Below, piece by piece: positions 57,701 to 64,000 of a DNA stretch of 64,000 nt. Position numbers and translations under genes: made by a program. The DNA comes from Phoronis australis (Eukaryota; Animalia; Phoronida). The stretch covers positions 316,982-380,981 of the forward strand of contig NMRA01000377.1 in the NCBI GenBank assembly GCA_002633005.1. Direction: 5' to 3'. The notes under the pieces are model-generated. The model worked only from the letters and a program-made list of their open reading frames with translations, was not told the origin of the DNA and searched no databases. How positions within the stretch are numbered: the first letter of the stretch is position 1; every line of letters starts with the position of its first letter.

Positions 57701-60700
57701 CAAAAACTGTTCCGCATTTATTCACATTTTGGACATCGGGAAATGAAAAATTGACCTGCCTAATTGTTTATGATAATTTTCTGTGTTTCAGGCAAGCGAG
57801 CACACGTCTTGTATATTCCGTGCTTGTCAACGGAGAAGCCATTGATGTTAAACCTCCAACTAATGACCAAATCAAAAATGCTGTAGAGAGCGTTGGATTC
57901 AATGTCTCGACTGCGGTCAAATTGGACATCCAAGAACTTACTTTGGACGGAAACCTCGTGTTAGAGCAGGTTGACAAAGTTGCAACAAGCATTGAAACAA
58001 CATGGAGCAGCACCGTAAAATCATCTTCCGTCGCCGTAAACGTGGTTTCAACTGAAACATTCGTTAAAGAAAACAAAAGGTAATTTATTTTTTTGGTAAA
58101 ACTGTGATATTTTAGAACCTCGCCAAAAGATACCATTTTTAACATACCTCTTCATTTGCTTTTTCGTTTCGTATTCAATTTCCAGCAAGCACAAGTGGCT
58201 TTGCGACAATCAGTATTCTTGTGTACGTTATGCCCTAGGAGAAAAATGTTCATCCATTTAAATTCTTTTTCGTTCTTTGTTCTAGCCCCGCAACGAAACT
58301 TAAGTTTGCTGTAACGGTGAACGGTACAAGTCCCCAGGACTTGACCACCGTTGTTGCTCCGCCTGAATCATTAATAACTAAGAACATACAGAATGCTACT
58401 GATATCAGCCCGTGCGGCTGCGCGGCCAGAAAAGTTCACAGCCTCGTTGTAAAGAGCAGTTCTGTAGTTACCAGCAGAGCAGTAATCGCAGAAGGTATCT
58501 CTCAGGCATGGAGAACTGCAAACTCCCCAGGTGAATTTTTTTTTTCAGTTTCAGCCCATATGTTTTCACATATTTTAGTGGCTCAGGAAACACTTTCATT
58601 AGTTGACAAGCGTTTAAAATATTTGATTGAGGAGTTGAAATAACTTAATCAAAGTAGCATCTACTTAAGTTCATTTCTTGTGGCTATCCTTCGCACGAAA
58701 ACAAGTGCGAGTATAGATTTCACTTTAAAGGTGTAACGATCAATTGGTAGTTCATTCTTTAGCTAACGGGCTCGCATGGTCCTTTTTTCATTGTAGATTT
58801 CAATCTTACCGGCTTTGTCGTCGATGTCGTCAGTGTGGACAACGGCCTAATTGACACGGCAAGGTAAATGGAATTTAAATAGCTGTAGAAATTACAGCCT
58901 ACTTTTTGTCGCTGAACTGCTCTGTATAGAAGACACATTTAGTTTTAAAAACCTCTATGCGGTGATTCCAAAGTGAAAGAGGACTGTTATATACGTGTTG
59001 CCTGATTTTATTTTTCTTGCTTTTTTAGCAATGCCCAGACACAACAGCGGGTCAGGCGAAGTATTCGAGGAAGACGTGCTGACGAACCTGCGTGAGTGTT
59101 TGGCTATGTTAACATATATCAAAATGTAGCCGCTTCTATTATAAGTACACAGTATTGCTGAATTTGCAAGGCTTGAACTCCAAGTGTACATGAGATGCAG
59201 GCCTAACTAATACAGGATTCCGTCCGTGTTGAAAAGAAAAATTATCGCAAAAAGTTGTTGGGTAATTACGCCGAAAATCGTCTGGCTTCGTTGAAGTTAT
59301 GTCGTAATACACAAAAACAGACGAACAATAACGCTCAACTTATATTTGGAAATTAAGCAGAAAAGTTTGCTTCGAAATTTTGTGTCTGCAACATGGATTG
59401 AATTATAATAATCTTTGATCTGGGCCATCATAGGTCAGTTTTCAAACTTTACTTTCAAGCATTATACAGTTTTGACTGAACCCATCATAACGTTTACTGG
59501 CGTGATTTGCTTCACTATTTATCATTATTCAGGGTAACGAAGATCGATTATATCGCTGGCATTAACAACATGGACTCGAGTTTACTCATGATACAGCAGC
59601 CGTCGACAGTGGAGCTATCAAAGCAACTTGGAACGGAAGTGTGCACTGACTGCGAGGCCAGCCGGGTTTATATGTTCCATGCCAACTCGGCACTGAAAGC
59701 TATGGATAACAAGGACATCCAAGCTGCTCTAAAGACCGCTTGGGAAACCGTTAACTCAGGTAAGGATACTTGTGCCAGCTGACCAGCAGAATAATTTGAA
59801 TTCAGTTATTGCTAGGAATGTCCTCATGCTCTGCAATAAATGGGATAACTAGCCCTTTTCAGAAATCTGCAAGGATTTTATCATTTCGAGTTATGCACTT
59901 TGGTACACTGTGAGTTACAAATGAATAAGGGAAATGACATCTGTTGGAATCTGACATTGGTTTGGATAAACTTGCACTAGTTGAAACGGACAACGAAGAT
60001 TGATTATTGTAAATCTATTGCCAAAATTGGTTCTGGGGAAGGACGACTTCAATCATTACATTTTTCTATCGCCGCTTTACATTTTCAGGTGTTGCTAACT
60101 TGACTGTTGGTGCTACGGTGTCGTCCAAGGAGAATCTTTACGATAAGAAAGGGTGAGTTTGCTTAGAACGTTCACGTTTTGTTTCTAACCTACGCACTTG
60201 AAATCTTATACCTCCCGCAGTACGTTAACAGTTTCGTGACAGCAATAAATTCACAATGTTTCTATTCGAAGTGTTTCCCAATTTTTCGATGCTGTCATAC
60301 ACCATCAGGGAGTCTGTCATCCATCACAGCAATCAACTTTTGCTTTAGACATCTTACTCTTATAAAATTGGTCTCAATGTTTCCTTAGTCAAATTTTAGA
60401 TGGTTTAAGGACTTCAAAAGACGTGATGCATCTACCTCGTTATTGTTTTAAACACGAATCTTTAAATTGGCTTGACACAGCATGTCATTTTAAGCACAGA
60501 CCTTGATCTTAACGATTAACAACCCTAAATGACTTCTCATCTGAAGAACAAACAGGTAACTAGTAGTTTTAATCAAACGTTCACTCCTTGTACGGAATGC
60601 TGATTTACATACACTTTAAATGCAATATCATTACAGTCAAGTACCAATGCCGAATACGTTAAATCAAAATTGGAAAACCCATTACCCTACTCTCTGTGTT

Positions 60701-63202
60701 TCGTGCTCTTGATTACATGGCCGTTTCATTTGAAAGGTCAACTTTCCTTTGTCTTTTCAAGAACATCTCTATCCACGTACATGTATCGTTTTCAAAGAAG
60801 TACCGTCCACATGTATACGCTACAGCAACCGAAAACGTCACTTTTTCTGTACGCTCTGAACACAAATGAGGGAACACCAAAGTTTTTGAGATGTTGCGTT
60901 TTCGCCCGCCAACAGGCCCCCTAAAACGATGACGGTGTCAGCTTTTCTAAAAGTTATTTTTTGGGTTGTGATACGTATGGACACACGTCCTATTCCCAAA
61001 ACGTTTACTTTTTGTTAAAAACTTCATCTCGAGATTTGGTTTTGCTTGTCAAATCCAATGGATACGTGCAGGTTAGACGTCGAAAGCTGTATCCGTAAAG
61101 AAAAATGATGGTGTCAGTGGACAGGGGGTCAATTACGTTGCAAACTTAAAATCTAAGAGCCAATAATTTGAACATGTATTGGTTAAGTTATCACGAAATA
61201 AATGTATCATTTGGCAAACTTAATTAGCTAGGCTATTATCTTTTCTTGCAGCAATGATATTATACGAGTGCAGTACACAATTCGACCGACAGCTGGCGGT
61301 GTGGCGCAGTCAGAAGATAGGTTAATAGCACCCTCTGATGACGAAATAGAGAAAAGTTTGAAGTTAATCGACCCAAATGTCGAACTCTTCCAAGGAGATG
61401 TTTTCAAGACTAAAAATAAAGACAAATTCATACCATCAATAACTAACGTATGTAATTATTCAAAAACAATAATTTTAATCATTGTACTGTTAAGAATTTT
61501 TTGAAGCGGCTGTAAACTTGTCTTCCATCTGCTGTCTGTAATCGAATTTGTCTTTTTCTCGTATAGAACTCGGTCTCATAATACTCCTGATCGTGAGTAG
61601 AATCCCATTTTCATGATGAACCCCAGTCAAAGGCAATGGGTTTCTTGTGCCATTTTTGAAGCGTTTTCTTGGGTCGCTATCTTTTCGATGTTCTTGTTGG
61701 TAAACGAAATGGAATCCAGTCAGGGTAAAGAGTATTATGACGTAGTTTTAGTCAGCTTAACAGGGTCAAATGTAACTTCAAGCTCCTAAACTAGTGCGTA
61801 AAGACTCTTTTTACTTCAGGGAATTACGAAAGGCATAACATGTATATCCTTTAAACGTCACAGATTTACACATACATGTATTCCGTAAGGAAAGTATACG
61901 TTCGTAATTTAAGCTCTTACATAATGGTCAATAGTTAATATACTCTCATATCCTACTACAGCTATGTAGTTATGTGACTGAGTTTTACCTGGCTTAACAA
62001 CGATGCTTCAGAAGCCCGATTGACATTGTTGTACTTTGAGTTCCCGATTGAAAGACGTGTTTACCGACCTCCTTAAGTAAAGCACTTGCTCAGTATTGAT
62101 GTAGTGAAAACAATTAATAAAAATTCAAACTTTGTCTTCCAGGAGCCATGGTTCTGGCCCGTTGTGATCGCTGTCGGCGGACTGCTTCTCATTCTTATTG
62201 TCGTGCTTGTAGTGAATGCATACAGACGATACGGCAGGTAAGTTTACTTCGCGAGCGGAAAGTTAGTGTGATGAAGTGCTTCGCTTGCATCGCCTGATGA
62301 TCTCTTGATTAAGTTGCGCCATCTGGCTTATCTCGCGGCAGCCTTGCTCCACTCAACGTGGTGCAAATTTTGTCAAGTCAAAGCGACTAACACACGTCAA
62401 GCTGAATGAAATCAAATTATAGGATCCAAATTGCGATCCTGAACGGTCAATGGATTTCATTTGTTTCACTGAATTATGTTTTAAAACTAGGAACGGTCAT
62501 TTAGTCACATTATTAAAAATCGAAACGAAGGGATCCACCCCGAAAAGGAACAAAAACAATCATGATTTTTGAAGAAATTGATGTAGGTGGCTTTAAGCCT
62601 AGTTTAACACGCGTTTGGCAAGAACACTCAAATCTTCGCGAGATAACGCCACGTGTTACGTACATTAAGTAAACCACGTCATAGCACTAACTTTCACTCG
62701 CGAGTGTCTTGTGTTACGAAACTGGCATTGTGGTTGCATTATTACAGTTAAATTTATTTCGAATAAATTGAAAATCTTGATATCCTTAAGCTCTTGAAAA
62801 TATTTCCTGCAGGGTTACGTAATGGGTATACATCTTCTCTGCTGTTCTTTTGCACAAGTTGACAATTATCTTCTGCATAAGTTGACAATTTTTAAAAACA
62901 CAGTATTTCACATTTCTGGGATTTTCAAAATTGAATCGTTTTTTTGTCGAGGGACCACAGAAGATGTGCCACGCCTCTAAATCGTGAAAATAGTATGTAA
63001 GGGATTGTTTACATGCCACTAACCGTTTTTGTTGCGAATTGAATGCTGCCGTGTGCTTTTAATTCTTCTGTTTTTACTTTACAGACAAAAATCTGCTCTG
63101 TCTGTCAGTCAAACAGATTTCAGAGAAGAAATCGATTTCACGTATGCAAAGGCAAGGGCATTCGAGGCTTCTAATCCAATGTACACCTCTTTAGCTGTTT
63201 AG
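15691..63202 (+). CDS. Giant Delta/Notch-ligand-like transmembrane mucin (signal peptide-MNNL/C2-DSL-EGF-[SEA-like modules + PTS mucin]n-TM-NPxY tail), about 53 exons, about 4,000 aa
   Basis: GT-AG junctions keep frame from ATG 15691 to TAG 63200-63202, except where N joins interrupt exons at 44332 and 47762. The DSL cysteine pattern is unmistakable. Repeated exons are paralogous, and a hydrophobic TM exon and short tail close the gene. Confidence 0.85.
17320..19668. mobile_element. Ends of a CAGG-type MITE separated by ~2.2 kb of other sequence
   Basis: Left caggcccgtagccag..gggggtggttcga..ggacctttt; right ggacctttt..tcgaaccccc..ctggctacagggctg (13/15 inverted match); no clean TSD. Confidence 0.4.
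19736..20040. repeat. Degenerate (AAC/AAT)n and (ATT)n microsatellite tract
   Basis: acaacaataacaacaatgataacaac... followed by attattattattatta runs. Confidence 0.8.
20241..20330 (+). CDS. Gene 2 alternative first coding exon 1b (signal peptide)
   Basis: MKVQSLVLLFTCELILFMTIIKGMPTSFQG, donor |GTTAGT (same donor type used at 5525, 6655, 51500), phase 0. Confidence 0.55.
20484..20647 (+). CDS. Gene 2 exon 2: N-terminal Notch-ligand (MNNL/C2) domain, part 1
   Basis: KGKLLVSFRNFNNPKHIAFDQDCCDG...TCTGTCDPAFVLC matches the Delta G-x-F-E-L-x-L-x-x-F-x-N...CC...C...C-x-x-F-x-VC pattern. Confidence 0.85.
21659..21767 (+). CDS. Gene 2 exon 3: MNNL/C2 part 2
   Basis: SSACTGAGQLEAVEATNENFTFADQSNVLIDFEEWN; phase 2 to 0; GTAAGT donor. 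Confidence 0.8.
21793..22434. mobile_element. Non-autonomous DNA transposon with long imperfect TIRs and 4-bp TSD
   Basis: Termini CTATGGAAA...TTTCCATAG flanked by ATAA on both sides; subterminal short repeats (caggaaaatttcacacg on the left, aaattttctcctggca on the right). A partial second copy ends at ~24748. Confidence 0.7.
21873..26587. repeat. ~2.3-kb near-identical direct duplication across N at 24185 (probable allelic overlap)
   Basis: 21873-24184 vs 24186-26587 differ by SNPs and by ~50-bp and ~35-bp indels. Confidence 0.85.
26824..26933 (+). repeat. 53-bp tandem duplication containing the exon-4 splice acceptor
   Basis: aatggacagccgtgggtcagtatatag(a/g)tatttctttacagggtg(a/g)tacacaa twice; acceptor AGs end at 26868 and 26921. 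Confidence 0.9.
26922..27091 (+). CDS. Gene 2 exon 4: MNNL/C2 part 3
   Basis: GGTQLLITAEDYD...QLIDRFVV resembles Delta WPGTFSLIIEA...LISR; phase 0 to 2. Confidence 0.8.
27602..27795 (+). CDS. Gene 2 exon 5: DSL domain
   Basis: CDKHYYTADCSVLCVPQDDCYGHYTCNQTTGRKMCNKGWTGEHC has the DSL consensus spacing. Confidence 0.93.
28673..28976 (+). CDS. Gene 2 exon 6: EGF-like domain, Thr-rich linker, first half of module 1
   Basis: C(TAGFG)CLNDGQCVPYLNSFYCCCKPGWKGPLC then PTTASTTTTK...TWV...RFAWVFTN. Confidence 0.88.
29678..33066 (+). CDS. Gene 2 cassette 1 (exons B 29678-29919, C 31520-31571, A 32704-33066)
   Basis: B ends WENTYP; C = EYKECSCLTVEISKLSV; A carries a Thr-rich stretch and LENAWLYSN; phases 2-1-2-2. 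Confidence 0.8.
31650..32028. mobile_element. Possible PIF/Harbinger-like MITE remnant
   Basis: Left taa-gggccgccgcagacggatagctac vs reverse complement of right gcccagcacagacggagagttac; internal direct repeat agctacgagctgag. Confidence 0.35.
33334..35855 (+). CDS. Gene 2 cassette 2 (B 33334-33563, C 35095-35146, A 35265-35855)
   Basis: WENAYA / EYKNCSCLKILI / long PTS stretch + ILVAWKEVN. Confidence 0.8.
34541..34862. repeat. Degenerate minisatellite with higher-order (~137-bp) period
   Basis: ~49-bp units ccg..ataatttgag.cc..aaaata.cc.ggtgtt.cggatg interleaved with ~38-bp variants. Confidence 0.7.
36834..38695 (+). CDS. Gene 2 cassette 3 (B 36834-37072, C 37680-37731, A 38339-38695)
   Basis: AWLTTFP / QYKNCGCLDIEI / PTS + IMTAWFEVN. 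Confidence 0.8.
38937..40630 (+). CDS. Gene 2 cassette 4 (B 38937-39157, C 39601-39655, A 39836-40630)
   Basis: LWEETYT / ELKGCGCVEIDI / ~190-aa PTS + LLESWILTN. Confidence 0.8.
41121..41182 (+). pseudogene. Truncated relic of a B exon
   Basis: ttctcag|VDIRFIRHNLEILVTGVLVT, then diverges into a stop (TAG); homologous to the start of B exon 41737. Confidence 0.7.
41230..47761 (+). repeat. Tandem segmental repeat, unit ~1.66 kb (exons plus introns), at least 4 copies
   Basis: B-exon spacing 41737-43396 = 1659 and 45292-46954 = 1662; intron text (e.g. aatagtaaggatgcaaagtgaatgaagcaaacatt) recurs in each unit. Confidence 0.92.
41737..49122 (+). CDS. Gene 2 cassettes 5-9, near-identical recent copies (B 41737/43396/45292/46954/47820; C 42095/43754/45650/47312/48188; A 42390/44049/45945/47610/48505)
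   Basis: B exons 233 nt ending VWELRYP; C exons 55 nt RYIQCSCLEIKI; intact A exons 468 nt. A exons at 44049 and 47610 are broken by N joins. Confidence 0.8.
49271..51499 (+). CDS. Gene 2 cassette 10 (B 49271-49509, C 50454-50505, A 50834-51499)
   Basis: NWQVTYP / EYKNCDCFRVEL / PTS + IRLAWIQTN. Confidence 0.8.
49610..49730 (+). mobile_element. Decayed tRNA-derived SINE head
   Basis: B-box-like ggtctcgagtccc followed by cccttgagtgaagtctct; similar A/B-box relics at ~4890-4945 (-) and ~16075-16130 (+). Confidence 0.35.
51846..53234. repeat. 695-bp-offset, essentially identical duplication across N at 52540 (assembly overlap); duplicates exons 51990 and 52428
   Basis: 51846-52539 matches 52541-53234 with one visible substitution. 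Confidence 0.88.
51990..61447 (+). CDS. Gene 2 membrane-proximal modules without mucin linkers
   Basis: Exons 51990-52246, 52428-52494, 53486-53730, 54411-54477, 54977-55263, 55512-55563, 55685-55977, 56493-56813, 57086-57158, 57792-58079, 58286-58530, 58797-58863, 59533-59759, 60089-60152, 61252-61447. All are phase-consistent and retain the helix-W and V-x-Y-x-V motifs. Confidence 0.8.
56349..56415. repeat. (CAT/CAC)n microsatellite, intronic
   Basis: catcatcaccatcaccatcacc...catcatcatc upstream of the acceptor at 56492. Confidence 0.9.
57268..57461. repeat. 5 x 39-bp minisatellite, intronic
   Basis: Unit tgttgctatgatgcgtgctgatagttctactgtacactg. Confidence 0.95.
62143..62237 (+). CDS. Gene 2 transmembrane exon
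   Basis: EPWFWPVVIAVGGLLLILIVVLVVNAYRRYG: ~22 hydrophobic residues followed by basic stop-transfer residues; CAG|GTAAGT donor. Confidence 0.88.
63085..63202 (+). CDS. Gene 2 terminal exon: cytoplasmic tail with NPxY
   Basis: tttacag| acceptor in phase 2; RQKSALSVSQTDFREEIDFTYAKARAFEASNPMYTSLAV*. Confidence 0.8.
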
Positions 63203-64000
63203 TAGTGATTTTAGACAAGTATGAAATATATGTATATGCTCAAATTTATTAAAGATACTCCTCCGTCGTTTTCATCAATTTTAAACACATAATGAGTCTC
63301 ATCAATACTAAGATATAACTGAGTTCGAACTATACATGTACCCTGCGATAAATTGCGGTCTTGTACAATTAGTTATAAGTATGAATTATTTAGACGTCTT
63401 GAACAGTGAAGTTTAATTTTCTACGATTCAATCTATGGCTGCCTCTCTGTTGGTGTACCACCCGAAATTCTAATAGTGTACGTTTTATATTGAATGTTGT
63501 ATATTTTGAGATGTGCCAAAGCTCGTGTCGGGAAGTGTTTATCTGTAGCGGTTAAGTCTCTTTAATTTGTGATGTGCAGTATGTTTGTAAACAGCGCAAG
63601 ATAGTCCCTCAGGATCAGCACGCTTTCGCCATTTCATTTGAAAATTCCCGCGAGATTACCTTGTTATCAGATGAATGTTTGAAACTGAATGAACTGAGAT
63701 GTTTACAATTCTCTTTTGTAGTATTTGGTTTTGAACAGGTAAAATGAATTGTACACTTCATCTCAGTCTTAGTGTTTGTCTTTGTCTTGTTGACTGTTTA
63801 CATTGTGGACCTGTGACTTGAAGTCGTTTTTGCTGTTTTTGACCGCACCTCCGATCTGTATTGCGTTATGTGTACAGTGCGTATGTTACTTAAAATATTT
63901 TATGCTCGATATGCATAACTTTTGTAAAAATTTAAAACCTGACTTACATGTTATGTCGACTTTGAGATTTCTTCGCCCGCAATCTAATCTCAGAACTCGG

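Overview
Eukaryotic (animal, probably marine-invertebrate) genomic DNA, AT-rich, with canonical GT-AG introns. There are no prokaryotic features. It holds two + strand multi-exon genes that I assembled by hand from splice sites and reading-frame phases. (1) 1-9820: the 3' part of a NACHT-associated/TPR protein (nephrocystin-3/TEP1-like architecture) ending in a long acidic tail. (2) ~15691-63202: an apparently complete gene of about 53 exons and roughly 4,000 aa, encoding a type I membrane protein. It has a signal peptide (two alternative first exons) and a Notch-ligand head (MNNL/C2 + DSL + one EGF). The head is followed by about 10 tandem three-exon cassettes, each encoding SEA-like folded modules, a CxC micro-exon and a Thr/Ser/Pro mucin stretch, then further modules without mucin, one TM helix and a short tail with NPMY and a C-terminal LAV. 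This 'Delta-headed giant mucin' is the main finding. Part of the array is a very recent ~1.66-kb tandem amplification that includes the introns. Six single-N scaffold joins are present, four of them flanked by duplicated sequence (probable haplotype/assembly artefacts). Introns carry MITE/SINE remnants and minisatellites. Domain names come from motif recognition by eye, not database searches.
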